Source of the DNA: an uncultured Gemmatimonadales bacterium
GTDB lineage: Bacteria; Gemmatimonadota; Gemmatimonadetes; Gemmatimonadales; GWC2-71-9
Assembly (NCBI GenBank): GCA_963695555.1
Contig: CAVOGR010000001.1
Coordinates: forward strand, 864,001 to 928,000
Length of the DNA stretch: 64,000 nt
Direction: 5' to 3'
How positions within the stretch are numbered: the stretch's first letter is position 1; every line of letters begins with the position of its first letter. Below, in pieces: positions 19,717 to 32,719 of this stretch. Below the pieces are notes generated by a model. The model was not told where the DNA came from and ran no database searches. It was given only the letters and a program-made list of their open reading frames with translations. The translations under genes were made by a program, and so were the position numbers.

Positions 19717-20205
19717 ATGAAACTTCGTAATCTGATGCTCGGCCTCACCTCGGCGCTCGTCCTCGCGGCCTGCACGCCCGAAGCCGCACCGGACACCTCA
19801 GCGGCCGACGAGGCGGCGATCCGGACCCTGGTAGGCGAGTTCGTGGCGGCGTGGAACACGGTGGACGACGCGACGTACGGTCCGATGATTGCCGAAGGCG
19901 CCATCCTGATGCAGCCGGACGGCCCGCCGACCCAGGGTCGTGACGCGATCCTCGCGATCATGGTCGAGGGATACGACCCCGCCATGAGCCAACAGACCGC
20001 CATGGTCGATGGAGTCATCCCGATGGGCGACTACGCCTACGCGTACGGCACCTGGAATATCGATCCGACGCCAGCTGCCGGAGCCGACGTCGTGGCCCGG
20101 AACGGCAAATGGTCCGTGCTGTACATGCGCGGGGCCGACGGTGCTTGGCAGACCTATCGCTGGATGTGGAATGAGGCCTCGCCGGCGGTCCCAGCCGGCG
20201 GGTGA
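19717..20205 (+). CDS. NTF2-like (DUF4440/SgcJ-like) lipoprotein
   Basis: AGGAG RBS; lipobox LAAC; ADEAAIR...AWN, GRDAI, GDYAY, DGAW pattern. Confidence 0.8.
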   Translation: MKLRNLMLGLTSALVLAACTPEAAPDTSAADEAAIRTLVGEFVAAWNTVDDATYGPMIAEGAILMQPDGPPTQGRDAILAIMVEGYDPAMSQQTAMVDGVIPMGDYAYAYGTWNIDPTPAAGADVVARNGKWSVLYMRGADGAWQTYRWMWNEASPAVPAGG

Positions 20206-20217
20206 TGCTGAGCGGCA

Positions 20218-20418
20218 TCAGCCCTCGGCGTTGAAGTCGGACAGCACCTCTCGAGCGGACTCGAAGTCCTCGTCGTGCACCACGAGGACCGACGCCCCCT
20301 GGGCGGTCGTGCCGATCAGGTTCTCACCCTGCACCACGGACTCGATCCCGGCGGCCTCGAGGGCCGTATGAATCGAGTAGGCGAGGCTCAGCGACACGGT
20401 GCGGATCACTTCCTTCAT
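20218..20418 (-). CDS. Small DUF2007-like (PII-fold-like) protein
   Basis: A..I...LEAAGIESVVQGE...VLVHDEDFESAREVL pattern; 66 aa from MKEVIRT. Confidence 0.75.
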   Translation of the reverse strand: MKEVIRTVSLSLAYSIHTALEAAGIESVVQGENLIGTTAQGASVLVVHDEDFESAREVLSDFNAEG

Positions 20419-20524
20419 GATCCCACCATTCACCCGTCGGCCGGCAAAAGCAACCACGGCGGCGGTCAGCGGAACAGGTCCTCGCATCCAAGGGAGTAAG
20501 CCCAGGCTGCCTGCCCACCCACGC

Positions 20525-21097
20525 GTGCCAACGTCGGAGTTTCGCGCGCTCGATCTTCGGGCACACGAATTCCTGTCCGACGTGCCGCTCCATGACGTGT
20601 GGCGCATCCAGCTCCACCGTGGCAGTCCGGGCCTCACTGTACCGGACGTCCTCGACGCGTTCGTTGATGTGGCGCGCTCGGGGGCGGGTCCGGTGGCCCG
20701 GGCGCTCTTCGGCCTCCGCTCGATGTTGGGGCGAGCGTTCGGCTGGGACCGAGAGGTCGCGGACGCCGCCGCCCGATCTTACTTCAATCGCCTGTCCGAC
20801 GATGATCGCGCGCGATCGCTCGAGGCGCCGGGCTCGAAGCGCTTCTTCTGGACCACGCTCTACAGCTTCGAGCGCGAGGGGGTGGGCGAGGTCATCAACC
20901 AGACCGTCCACTCGTTTCTACTCTTTGCGCTGGTACCTTCTGCTGGCGGGCACATCCTGTATTGGGCCACATACGTAAAGCCGGTCAGCCGGTTCACATC
21001 GTTCTATATGGCGATGATCGATCCGTTCCGGCGGCTACTGATTTATCCGGCCCTCATCGGGCGGTTTGAGGAAATCTGGAACGCGGATATGGGCTAG
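20525..21097 (+). CDS. DUF2867-like protein (start uncertain)
   Basis: LFGLR..LG..FGW and YMAMIDPFRRLLIYPAL C-terminal motif. Confidence 0.65.
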   Translation: MPTSEFRALDLRAHEFLSDVPLHDVWRIQLHRGSPGLTVPDVLDAFVDVARSGAGPVARALFGLRSMLGRAFGWDREVADAAARSYFNRLSDDDRARSLEAPGSKRFFWTTLYSFEREGVGEVINQTVHSFLLFALVPSAGGHILYWATYVKPVSRFTSFYMAMIDPFRRLLIYPALIGRFEEIWNADMG

Positions 21098-22209
21098 TCG
21101 GTTGCCGTCCGAAAACGCCGGGCCGCAAACCAGAGCACTGTCGGCCCCATCACCAAGAGGGCCAGGTGTTGCGGCCAGAGTTCCGCCAAACCGGTGCCCT
21201 TCAAGAACACCCCTCGAATGATCTCCAGGTAGTGACGCAGCGGGTTGAGCAGCGTCAACCACTGGAACACCTCCGGCATGCTGCTCACCGGAAACATGAA
21301 CCCCGACAGGAGGATCGTCGGCATGAACAAGAGGAATGTGGCCATGAAGGCCTCTTGCTGGGTGTTCGAGATGGTCGAAATGAGGAGACCTGCACCCAGG
21401 GCCGGCAGGAGATAGAGCACGCTGCTCCCAACCAGGAGCGGTAGCGCTCCCCTGAACGGGATCCCAAACCAGAGGAGCGCCACGGTGGTGACGAAGGCGA
21501 GGTCGGCCAGGCCTATCAGTCCGAACGGGATGGTCTTCCCGGCGATCAGCTCCCCGGCGGAGAGCGGGCTCACCCGGAGCTGTTCCAAGGTGCCGATCTC
21601 CCGCTCCCGCACCACGGCGAGGGCCGTGAGCAGGAGGCACACCAGCGTGATGATGACGCCGATCACCGCCGGCACATTGTAGTTCCGGCTGGCCAGGTCG
21701 GGGTTGAACCAGGCCCGCTCGTCGAGCACGATGGTCTGGCTTGGATCGGCCGCCGTGACGCGGGCGCCGAATTGTTGCACGATCCGCTCGGCGTAGCCCC
21801 GGGCCAGCAGCGCCGTGTTGGAATTGGTGCCGTCGACCAGCACCTGGACTTTCGCGCTTCCACCGCTCTCGAGATCGGCGGTAAAGCCCCGCGGGATCAC
21901 CAGGCCGATCACCGCATCGCCATGATCGAGCGCCGAGACCACGTCGTGAGGACGAGCGGAGGCCTGGTCGATACGGAAATACCCGGACGCCGTGAATGCC
22001 TCGAGCAGCTCGCGGGAACGCTGGGTCCGGTCGTGATCCACTACCACCGTACTGGTGTGGCGGACGTCGGTCGACACGGCGTACCCGAATACGATGAGCT
22101 GGATCATCGGCGCCACAAAGATGACGCGCCGCATCCGCGGATCGCGGAAGATCTGGCGGAACTCCTTCCGCATCATCTCGAACACACGCTCCGCCCACCC
22201 GGGGCTCAC
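21094..22209 (-). CDS. ABC-2 transporter permease (YbhR-like)
   Basis: KEFRQIFRD, DGTNSN, REREIGTLEQL, LSGFMFP; GTGA overlap with the upstream permease. Confidence 0.93.
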   Translation of the reverse strand: MSPGWAERVFEMMRKEFRQIFRDPRMRRVIFVAPMIQLIVFGYAVSTDVRHTSTVVVDHDRTQRSRELLEAFTASGYFRIDQASARPHDVVSALDHGDAVIGLVIPRGFTADLESGGSAKVQVLVDGTNSNTALLARGYAERIVQQFGARVTAADPSQTIVLDERAWFNPDLASRNYNVPAVIGVIITLVCLLLTALAVVREREIGTLEQLRVSPLSAGELIAGKTIPFGLIGLADLAFVTTVALLWFGIPFRGALPLLVGSSVLYLLPALGAGLLISTISNTQQEAFMATFLLFMPTILLSGFMFPVSSMPEVFQWLTLLNPLRHYLEIIRGVFLKGTGLAELWPQHLALLVMGPTVLWFAARRFRTATD

Positions 22210-23324
22210 AGGATCCTCTTCTGGAAGACGCGGGTGGCCAACGACAAGCCCACGACGGCGAACGCGATCATCAGGAGACCCTGTACCCGGAGCACCTCCA
22301 CGCCGACACCCTTCAAGAAGATGCCGCGCGTGACCACCAGGAAATACCGCGCCGGCACCAGGTAGGTGATGGCTTGGAGCGGGGCCGGCATGACGGAAAT
22401 GGCGAACATGAAGCCGGACAGGAGAAACGCCGGCAGGAAGGTCGCGATCATGGCGAGCTGGGTCGCGAGCACTTGGCTCTTGGCCACGGCCGAGATGAAC
22501 ATCCCCAGCCCAAGCGCGCCGATCAGGAATGCGGTCGCCAGGATCATGAGCAGGGCGGCGTTGCCCCGGAACGGTACCCCGAACAAGAGGATGCCGAGCA
22601 CGGACACCACCACGACATCGATCAGGCCGATCGCGAGGTAGGGTAGGAGCTTCCCGATTACAACTTCCAATCGATGGACCGGTGTGGCGGCGAGCTGTTC
22701 CATCGTCCCGCGCTCCCACTCCCGCGCGATGGTAAGGGAGGTGAGCATGGCGGCGATGATCATCATGATCACCGCCACGAGACCCGGCACGATCATGTTC
22801 CGGCTGGACAGGTCCTCGTTATACCATACCCGGCTCTCGGTGGTCGCCGGCACGGAGCGCACCCGCCCTTCGAGCCGGAGGGCCGAGGAATAGGCCAGCG
22901 TCACCGCTTGGGTGTAGCCCAGGATGATGCCCGCCGTATTCGCATCGCTGCCGTCGACGATGGCCTGGAGTTTGGCCGGTCGGCCCGTGCGGATCGCGGC
23001 TGAGAAGTCGGGTGGAATCACCAACGCAAGTTGAATCGTGCTCCGGTCGAGCAGCGGGCCGATATCTCCGGGTCGCTCGAGGGAACGCGTCACGGTGAAG
23101 TAGCCCGACGAGCGAAAGGCGTCGATCAAATCGCGGCTTCGAGCTGATTGATCTTGATCCACCACCGCCGTCGCGATGTCATCCACATCCCACGTGATCG
23201 CGTAGCCGAAGAGGACGACGAGCAGCACGGGCAAGAGAAACGCGAGGGTCAGGCTCCGCGAATCGCGACGGAGTTGAATGATCTCCTTTCGCGCCACGGC
23301 GCCCAGACGACGCCGGCTCAGCAT
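22206..23324 (-). CDS. ABC-2 transporter permease (YbhS-like)
   Basis: KEIIQLRRD, DGSDAN, REWERGTMEQL, LSGFMF. Confidence 0.93.
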   Translation of the reverse strand: MLSRRRLGAVARKEIIQLRRDSRSLTLAFLLPVLLVVLFGYAITWDVDDIATAVVDQDQSARSRDLIDAFRSSGYFTVTRSLERPGDIGPLLDRSTIQLALVIPPDFSAAIRTGRPAKLQAIVDGSDANTAGIILGYTQAVTLAYSSALRLEGRVRSVPATTESRVWYNEDLSSRNMIVPGLVAVIMMIIAAMLTSLTIAREWERGTMEQLAATPVHRLEVVIGKLLPYLAIGLIDVVVVSVLGILLFGVPFRGNAALLMILATAFLIGALGLGMFISAVAKSQVLATQLAMIATFLPAFLLSGFMFAISVMPAPLQAITYLVPARYFLVVTRGIFLKGVGVEVLRVQGLLMIAFAVVGLSLATRVFQKRIL

Positions 23325-23348
23325 GGCACTCGCTCCACCCCGCCACGC

Positions 23349-24299
23349 CTACTCATCGGGGGCGCCTCCGGCGCGCCGGACCAGCGCCACGAACACGTCC
23401 TCGAGCGATGGTGTGATGTCGGCCATGCCGCCAACCTCGACGCCCGACTGCTTGAGCGCGGTCGCAATCGTTCTCCGCGCGGCGGTCGCATCGTCGACCG
23501 TCGCGTGGATCCGGCGGCCGAACATGGCCGCGTCGCGGATGCCGGGTGTGTTGCGGAGCGCTGCGACGGCCCGCGGGGCATCGTTGGTCTCGATGTCGAG
23601 CATCGGGACATGCAGCCCCTCACGCAGCGCGACGGGAGTGTCCAGCGCGATCAGCGCGCCGCGGTTCATCAGTGCCAGGCGGTGGCAGTACTCGGCTTCT
23701 TCCATGTAGTGGGTGGAAACGAAGACGGTCGTGCCGTCTCCCGCCAACTGGTAGATGAGATCCCAGAAGCGTCGCCGTGAGATCGGGTCGACTCCCGACG
23801 TCGGCTCGTCGAGGAACAACGTCGTCGGCTCGTGAATCACCGCGCATCCGAGCGCCAGTCGCTGTTTCCAGCCGAGCGGGAGCTGGCCGGTGAGCCGCCG
23901 CCGATGCGCGGTCAGGCCGGCGATGTCGAGCACCCAGTCCCGCCGTTCGAGGCGCCGCGTGCGGTCCACGCCGTAGAGCCCCGAGAAGAAGCGGATGTTT
24001 TCTTCCACCGTCAGGTCGGCGTACAGCGAAAACAGCTGCGACATGTAACCGATCTGGTGTTTGAGGCGATTCGCCTGGGTCGCGATGTCCAGTCCCGCGA
24101 CCGTGCCGCTTCCCTCGCTCGGGGTGAGGAGACCGGTCAGCATTTTGATGGTGGTCGTCTTGCCGGCGCCGTTCGGGCCGAGGAAGCCGAAGATCTCCCC
24201 TGGTCGTACGTCAAACGTGACGTGATCGACTGCGACGAAATCACCGAAGCGCTTGGTCAGTCCATCCACGCGAACAGCCGCACCTGGTTCCGGACTCAC
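23349..24299 (-). CDS. ABC transporter ATP-binding protein
   Basis: GPNGAGKT, variant signature LPLGWKQR, FLDEPTSGVD, STH. Confidence 0.95.
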   Translation of the reverse strand: MSPEPGAAVRVDGLTKRFGDFVAVDHVTFDVRPGEIFGFLGPNGAGKTTTIKMLTGLLTPSEGSGTVAGLDIATQANRLKHQIGYMSQLFSLYADLTVEENIRFFSGLYGVDRTRRLERRDWVLDIAGLTAHRRRLTGQLPLGWKQRLALGCAVIHEPTTLFLDEPTSGVDPISRRRFWDLIYQLAGDGTTVFVSTHYMEEAEYCHRLALMNRGALIALDTPVALREGLHVPMLDIETNDAPRAVAALRNTPGIRDAAMFGRRIHATVDDATAARRTIATALKQSGVEVGGMADITPSLEDVFVALVRRAGGAPDE

Positions 24300-25231
24300 G
24301 CCTCGCCCGCCCGTATGATCTGGTGAATGAAGACATCTTCCATCGATGCGTCGATGAGCGTGACATTCCCGACCGCAAAGCGTTCGTCGTCAAGCGCATT
24401 CGCAATCGCAGATGCACCGTCCGGGCCAGTCATTGTCACGTGAAGCCGATTGCCGAACACCGCAGCCCGCTCCACCTCCGCCACCGGCTGGAGCCGGTCG
24501 CGCGCCTCACGCAGGGGTTCCACATCCACGGCGTACACCCGACCGTCGAGTTCCTGCTGCATGTCGGTCGGCGTTGCTAAGGCCAATAGCCTCCCCTCGT
24601 TGAGCAGCGCCACCCGGTCGAAGCGCTCCGCCTCGTCCATGTAGGCGGTACTGACGATCACCGTGACGCCCTCCGCCACCATCTCGTGCACGATCAACCA
24701 GAGGTCGCGCCGGGAAATCGGGTCTACCCCGAACGTCGGCTCGTCCAACAACAGAATGGTCGGCTGGTGAATGAGGGCGCACGAGAGGCCGAGCTTTTGC
24801 TTCATCCCGCCGGACAGCTGCCCGGCGAGGCGCTCTGTAAACGGGCCGAGGTTTGAAAAGCGGAACAGCCGCTCCATCCGCGCGTCGCGCTCCGCCCGCG
24901 GGACTTCGTAGAGGTCGGCATAGAAGTGGAGGTTCTCGAGCACGGTGAGGTCGGTATAGAGGCCGAATCGCTGCGACATATAGGCGAGGCTCGGCTTCGC
25001 AGCCTCGGGATTCCGCGCGATGCTTATGCCGTTGACGATGGCGTCGCCCTCGCTCGGCAGGAGGACGCCGGCCAGCATACGCAGCGTCGTGGTCTTGCCG
25101 GCCCCGTCCGGACCGACCAGGCCGAACAGCTCGCCTCGCGCGACCGCGAAGCTGAGTCCGTCCACCGCCGTCACATCGCCGAAGCGGCGCGTGAGCCGCT
25201 CCAACGAGACCATCGCGTCCGCCGGAGTCAC
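24296..25231 (-). CDS. ABC transporter ATP-binding protein
   Basis: GPDGAGKT, LSGGMKQ, LLDEPT, STAY; GTG start overlapping the HlyD stop. Confidence 0.93.
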   Translation of the reverse strand: MTPADAMVSLERLTRRFGDVTAVDGLSFAVARGELFGLVGPDGAGKTTTLRMLAGVLLPSEGDAIVNGISIARNPEAAKPSLAYMSQRFGLYTDLTVLENLHFYADLYEVPRAERDARMERLFRFSNLGPFTERLAGQLSGGMKQKLGLSCALIHQPTILLLDEPTFGVDPISRRDLWLIVHEMVAEGVTVIVSTAYMDEAERFDRVALLNEGRLLALATPTDMQQELDGRVYAVDVEPLREARDRLQPVAEVERAAVFGNRLHVTMTGPDGASAIANALDDERFAVGNVTLIDASMEDVFIHQIIRAGEA

Positions 25232-26229
25232 GAGGGTTGATTCTCGAGCGCGAGGCGCACGTCCGCCGGCATGCCGGGCTTCAGCACCAGGGCCGAATCG
25301 CCGATGACGCGAACCTTGACGGCATACACCAGCCGCACGCGTTCCTCGCTGGTCTGTACGCTCTTCGGCGTGAACTCGGCCTCGCTCGCGATGTACATCA
25401 CCTCCCCGGCGAATTCCCGATCTGGGTAGGTGTCGGAGGTAATGGTGGCAGACGCGCCCAGCCCCACGGCACCGAGCCGGTTCTCGGGCACGTAGATGCG
25501 GACCCATCGGTCGCCGGGGTCCATGACCGTAATGACCGGGCTGCCTCCCGCGACGATCTCCCCTGGCTCCCGATGCTTGACCGTGACGATACCGTCGAAC
25601 GGTGCACGGATGGTCATGTTGGCGAGCCCGGCCTCGATGGCCTGAACCGCGGCCGCCGCCTGCGCCAGCCGGCCGCGTTGGGCCTGGATCTGTTCGCCTC
25701 TGGGCCCGGCTTCCATCAGCTGCAATTGCTCGGCGGCCCTGGTCCGTTCGCTCTCGGCAATGTCCAAGGCAATCTGGGCCCGATCGAACGCCTCCTGACT
25801 TACGGCCCCACCCTCGAGCAGGCGCCTGGTGCGGTCGAAGGCCTGCCTCGCGTCGTCGACCCGTCGGTTGGCCGCGTCGAGCGCCGCGCGAGCCTGGGCG
25901 ACTTCTTCCTGGCGGAACCCGCGCTCCAGCTCGCGGAGCAGGGCACGCGCGGACGAGACGCTCGCCTGAGCCTGGTCGAGACGAGCCTGCATCTCGAGGC
26001 GGTCCAGGTGCGCGAGCTCGGCACCGTGACGCACCGCATCGCCCTCACGAGCCATGATCGACTCGACACGTCCCGTGGCGGGGAAGCCGAGCCGGGCCTC
26101 GGTAGCCTCGACGGTGCCCGAGGCGATGAGGCTGTCGCCGGGCCCCTGGTTGCGAGACAGGATCCACCAGAGTGCCACGGCGAGGAGCACCACCAGCGCG
26201 ACGGGAATGAAACGTTTGGGGCCGGTCAT
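25228..26229 (-). CDS. HlyD family membrane-fusion protein (YbhG-like)
   Basis: N-terminal TM, SGTVEA, lipoyl halves (EGDAV..G; IRAPFDG), AEFTPKSVQT, LKPGMP. Confidence 0.93.
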   Translation of the reverse strand: MTGPKRFIPVALVVLLAVALWWILSRNQGPGDSLIASGTVEATEARLGFPATGRVESIMAREGDAVRHGAELAHLDRLEMQARLDQAQASVSSARALLRELERGFRQEEVAQARAALDAANRRVDDARQAFDRTRRLLEGGAVSQEAFDRAQIALDIAESERTRAAEQLQLMEAGPRGEQIQAQRGRLAQAAAAVQAIEAGLANMTIRAPFDGIVTVKHREPGEIVAGGSPVITVMDPGDRWVRIYVPENRLGAVGLGASATITSDTYPDREFAGEVMYIASEAEFTPKSVQTSEERVRLVYAVKVRVIGDSALVLKPGMPADVRLALENQPS

Positions 26230-27593
26230 GGTTCGATCTCCAAATTGGCCGAGAGCCAGGCCGGGCTGAGCTGGCCGGTAGCAAATGCGAAGGTCACCCG
26301 CGCGGTGAGGAGTCCGTACTGTGCTCCAGCGAGGTTTGCCCGCGCGTTCAGCAGGTCGGCCTCGGCCGTGAGGTAGTCGGTCTGGATGCCCGTGCCGGTG
26401 TCGAGCCGAAGCTTCTCCACTCGTGCGACCTCACGGAAACCGGCAACGGCGGCCATCAGGCTCACCACGCGTGCGCGGGTCTCCTCCACTCGGGACCAGG
26501 CGCGGTCGACCCGTTCGGCGGCATCGAACTCGGCGAGGCGAAGCTTTTCCGACGTGCCGGCCAAGCGCGCCTCCGCCTCGGACACTTGGTTGCTTATGGC
26601 TCCACCGGTGAAGATGGGATACGACAGCTGAACGCCGGCGTCCCACTCGCCGGTGAAGTTTCCCTGCGAGCTGCCGCGGTCGATATAGCGCCCAACCAAC
26701 GCCAGCGCCGGCCAGCGTGCCCCCTTGGCCACTCCGACGCCGGCCCGGGCGGCGGCGACGGTGCGACGCGCGCGCTCGACCGCAGGGCTCGACCCGAGTG
26801 CCAGGGTGTGACTCTCAGGACGGCTCGGCAGATCCGACTCGCGGAGGTCGACGGGCGAGAGCTCGTCTGGTGCAATCGAATCGGGCGGGCTGCCGATCAG
26901 CCGCGCGAGATTTCGAACCGTAAGGTCCAATTCCGCGGCCAACGACACCCGCACCGCAGTGGCTTCGGCCGCCGCCGCGTCCGCGCGCAAAACGGCGACT
27001 TCTGCACCCCGACCTGCGTCGAGGAACTGCGCGGCCCGACTCCGTTCGGTCACGAGGGCCCGAAGCCGCTCGTCGTGCGCGGCGAGCGTCTCACGCTGGG
27101 CCAGCGCTTGGGCGTAGGTCTGGACCACTGAGGCGATCAACTCCTGCTCGCTTCCGGCGACGGACGCCTGGGCCGCCCCGACCGCCTGCCGCGCGGCATT
27201 GATTCTGGCGCCACGCGCGCCGCCATCGAACAGGGTGAACGACAACGTGGCCGCGCCCTGGATCAGGGTCGCGTCGAACGGCGGGGTGGCACCGGGGGTA
27301 AAGCCGTGGATCGGTGTGACAATCATCGGCTCCTCGAACCGGGTCGCCGAGGCGGTGAGGTAGAGGGCAGGGAACCAACTGGCCTTGGCTTGGCCCAGGC
27401 TGCTCGTGGCCGCGTCGTATCCCGCTCTGGCCGCCCCAACGGTCGGAAACACGGCGAGCGCCCGCTCGACGGCCGTCATGAGCGTCAGTCGGTTGGGAGC
27501 GGTGGCGGCTTGGGCCTCGAGGTCCCACCCGGGCCCTGGCCGCACCAGGAGCACCGCCGCAAATGCGGCACTCGCGTGGAGCCGAATGGTCAT
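26226..27593 (-). CDS. TolC family outer-membrane efflux protein
   Basis: Two OEP repeats (A..SWFP.L; LFDGG / PIFTGG); position in an efflux operon. Confidence 0.9.
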   Translation of the reverse strand: MTIRLHASAAFAAVLLVRPGPGWDLEAQAATAPNRLTLMTAVERALAVFPTVGAARAGYDAATSSLGQAKASWFPALYLTASATRFEEPMIVTPIHGFTPGATPPFDATLIQGAATLSFTLFDGGARGARINAARQAVGAAQASVAGSEQELIASVVQTYAQALAQRETLAAHDERLRALVTERSRAAQFLDAGRGAEVAVLRADAAAAEATAVRVSLAAELDLTVRNLARLIGSPPDSIAPDELSPVDLRESDLPSRPESHTLALGSSPAVERARRTVAAARAGVGVAKGARWPALALVGRYIDRGSSQGNFTGEWDAGVQLSYPIFTGGAISNQVSEAEARLAGTSEKLRLAEFDAAERVDRAWSRVEETRARVVSLMAAVAGFREVARVEKLRLDTGTGIQTDYLTAEADLLNARANLAGAQYGLLTARVTFAFATGQLSPAWLSANLEIEP

Positions 27594-28249
27594 GGCGAAC
27601 CTCCACGTCCTCCGCCGAGCGCGCGGCGCAGCACGGTGAGCATGCTCACGGCGCGTTGGCGCAGGGGATACGCCCGTTGCGACATGACGTACCTGAGGGC
27701 GGACGATTGGATGATGGCGATGGCGAGGTCGGCCAGGTTGTCCGGGTCGACGCCCGGTGGGCTGCCGGCCTCGCTCACCGCCTCGGAGAAGAGCGCGCGA
27801 AACGTGTCACGGACCAGCTGGACCGTGGCGAGTATATCCTGCCGGATCTCCGGTGAGACGCGGATGACCTGCCCGGTCAGGATGACGATCGGCCCGCCCC
27901 CGGTCGCCGCGAAGTAGTCGACGATCGTGAGCAGCAAGCCCTCCGCACGGTTCCAGGCGTCGCCCGCGCCGTGATAGTTCCGGACCAGTTCCCTGGCGGC
28001 TTCGGCCTCGCGTTGGACGGCGGCGGAGAGGATTTCCTCCTTATTGGCGAAGTGTCGGAACAGGGTCGGCTCCGACACCCCCACTCGGCGTGCCAGTTCG
28101 GCGGTCTTCCAGGCCGCGAGTCCTTGTTCGGCGATGATGGCGATGGTGGCGTCGACGATTTGCCGGCGCCGCTCCGGGCGGGAGCGGTATGGTCGGGTCC
28201 GGGTGGGGTGGCGCGGTGCCGGGGTGCCGGATTCGGGAGAGATATCCAC
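27590..28249 (-). CDS. TetR/AcrR family transcriptional regulator
   Basis: HTH: RRQIVDA..IIAEQG...ELARRVGVSEPTLFRHFANKEEI. Confidence 0.92.
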   Translation of the reverse strand: MDISPESGTPAPRHPTRTRPYRSRPERRRQIVDATIAIIAEQGLAAWKTAELARRVGVSEPTLFRHFANKEEILSAAVQREAEAARELVRNYHGAGDAWNRAEGLLLTIVDYFAATGGGPIVILTGQVIRVSPEIRQDILATVQLVRDTFRALFSEAVSEAGSPPGVDPDNLADLAIAIIQSSALRYVMSQRAYPLRQRAVSMLTVLRRALGGGRGGSP

Positions 28250-28273
28250 GGATTCTGCTCCTAGGCTGGTACA

Positions 28274-28307
28274 AAAGTAAATATTTACTTTGCTCGCATA
28301 ATGTCAA
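28274..28307 (-). promoter_or_regulatory. Sigma-70-type promoter with overlapping 18-bp palindromic operator (probable TetR site)
   Basis: TTGACA on the minus strand at 28307-28302; perfect palindrome AAAGTAAATATTTACTTT at 28274-28291 covering the expected -10. Confidence 0.75.
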
Positions 28308-28577
28308 GTGGAGCGCGGCATTGCCGCAACGCCCGTTGCGGCGCCGAGTCCACCTGACAGATCGATTTTCGGGAGTACTCCGCAGGGCAGGTGGCGGGGA
28401 GGTGGGGTCCCGAGCCGGAGCCGGGACCCCTGAGACGAGGAACCGTCGCCCCCCCGCCGACAACGATTAACTTTGGGTGCCGCCCGCCCGGGAACTGCGA
28501 GGAGCGTGCCAACGACGCGCCCCGAATCCGACACTCTTGTGCGGCCATGTCATCCCGTTCAATGAGGACAGCAGACG

Positions 28578-31350
<2,773 letters not shown>

Positions 31351-31355
31351 GACGG

Positions 31356-31802
31356 CTACTCGTGGTCACTCGGCTTGCGGCGCTCTGCCTTCAGTTTGGC
31401 GCGGCGCCGTTTGTCTTCCAGCCGGGCCCGCTTGGCGCGTTTCGGCACGCGGGTCTTCTTCCGGGTCTTGGGAGGGCGGACGGCGTCCGCCAGCAGGTGC
31501 TGAAACCGCTCGGTGACCCGCTCCTTGTTCTGCTTTTGACTCCGGCTCGATGCCGCGGTCAGCCGGATCCGGCCCGTGGTGTCCAGGCGTGAGCCGAGGC
31601 GCTCAAGCACGCGGGCTCGCTCGGTCTCGGTCAGGGTGGGAGATGCGGCCGCGTTCCACCAGAGCTCGACCTTGGTCGCCGAGCGATTGACATGCTGGCC
31701 GCCTGGCCCGCCCGCTCGGGTGGCACGATAGGTCAGCTCCGACAGGGGAAGGCACAGGGTCGGGGTGATCGGGAGGCAGTCAGGAGTTGACGACCGCGGC
31801 AT
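31356..31802 (-). CDS. arfB: Alternative ribosome rescue peptidyl-tRNA hydrolase ArfB
   Basis: GGPGGQHVN, RSQ..N, and basic C-terminal tail (R.KT....AKR.RL..K). Confidence 0.93.
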   Translation of the reverse strand: MPRSSTPDCLPITPTLCLPLSELTYRATRAGGPGGQHVNRSATKVELWWNAAASPTLTETERARVLERLGSRLDTTGRIRLTAASSRSQKQNKERVTERFQHLLADAVRPPKTRKKTRVPKRAKRARLEDKRRRAKLKAERRKPSDHE

Positions 31803-31903
31803 GGCATTGAAGGTAGGGCAGGGCGTTGCCCGCCGATACCCTCTACCCGCACCGATCGGGCACGCAGGAACCTTCCCTTGTTCTCGCCGCCCATTACGTT
31901 TCC

Positions 31904-32719
31904 ATGATGCATGACATCTCGCCGCTCGCGCGCCGGCTCGATTCGTTGGGCCGAGTGTTGCTTGGCTATTCAGGAGGCGTGGATTCCGCCTTCCTCGCCG
32001 TGATCGCGACCGAGACCCTGGGTGCCGACCGCTTTCTGGCCGTGATTGGCCGGAGCGCCTCCTATCCCGAGGTCCAATGGCGGACGGCGCGGGCCATCGC
32101 GGAGCGTTATACCATTCCCCTCCGTGAAATCGACACGGCGGAGCTGGCCGACCCGAACTACCGCGCCAACCCGACCGATCGGTGTTACTACTGCAAATCG
32201 GAGCTGTGGCAGCGAACGGGGCGGCTGGCCCGCGATCTTGGGTTCGATACCGTCATCGACGGAACCAACGCCGATGACGTAACCGAACATCGACCAGGCA
32301 TGCGGGCCGCGCGCGAGTTCAATGTCATCTCTCCCTTGGCGGAGCTCGGCTGGACCAAGGACATGGTTCGGGCCGCGGCGCGCGCACGGGACATCCCAAT
32401 CTGGGATGCGCCCGCGGCCCCGTGCCTCTCGAGTCGGGTGCAGTACGGCTTGGCCATCACGCCCGGCCGGTTGATGCAGGTGGAGCAGGCCGAGGCGCTG
32501 GTGCGGTCGCATGGCATCACCGGCGACCTCAGAGTGCGGCATCTGGGTGATCGCGCCCGAGTCGAGGTGAGTTCCGACGCCATCCCGCGCGTCCGGTCGC
32601 TCTGGGCAGACATTGCTCCGGCGCTTCGAGCGCTTGGATTTCCCGAGGTGGAACTCGATCCCACGGGCTATCGCCGCGGCAAGATGCTCGACGCCGGCGC
32701 CGCACCAGCCGGGACGTGA
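31904..32719 (+). CDS. larE: ATP-dependent sulfur transferase, LarE family
   Basis: PP-loop SGGVDS, NP.DRCYYCK, DGTNADD...HRPG, PCLSSR, LRVRH. Confidence 0.9.
   Translation: MMHDISPLARRLDSLGRVLLGYSGGVDSAFLAVIATETLGADRFLAVIGRSASYPEVQWRTARAIAERYTIPLREIDTAELADPNYRANPTDRCYYCKSELWQRTGRLARDLGFDTVIDGTNADDVTEHRPGMRAAREFNVISPLAELGWTKDMVRAAARARDIPIWDAPAAPCLSSRVQYGLAITPGRLMQVEQAEALVRSHGITGDLRVRHLGDRARVEVSSDAIPRVRSLWADIAPALRALGFPEVELDPTGYRRGKMLDAGAAPAGT

Noticed and set aside
23349..25231. Degenerate ABC motifs (LPLGW, STAY) as a novelty
   Set aside because: These variants are typical of the YbhF-like ATPase pair of this exporter family.
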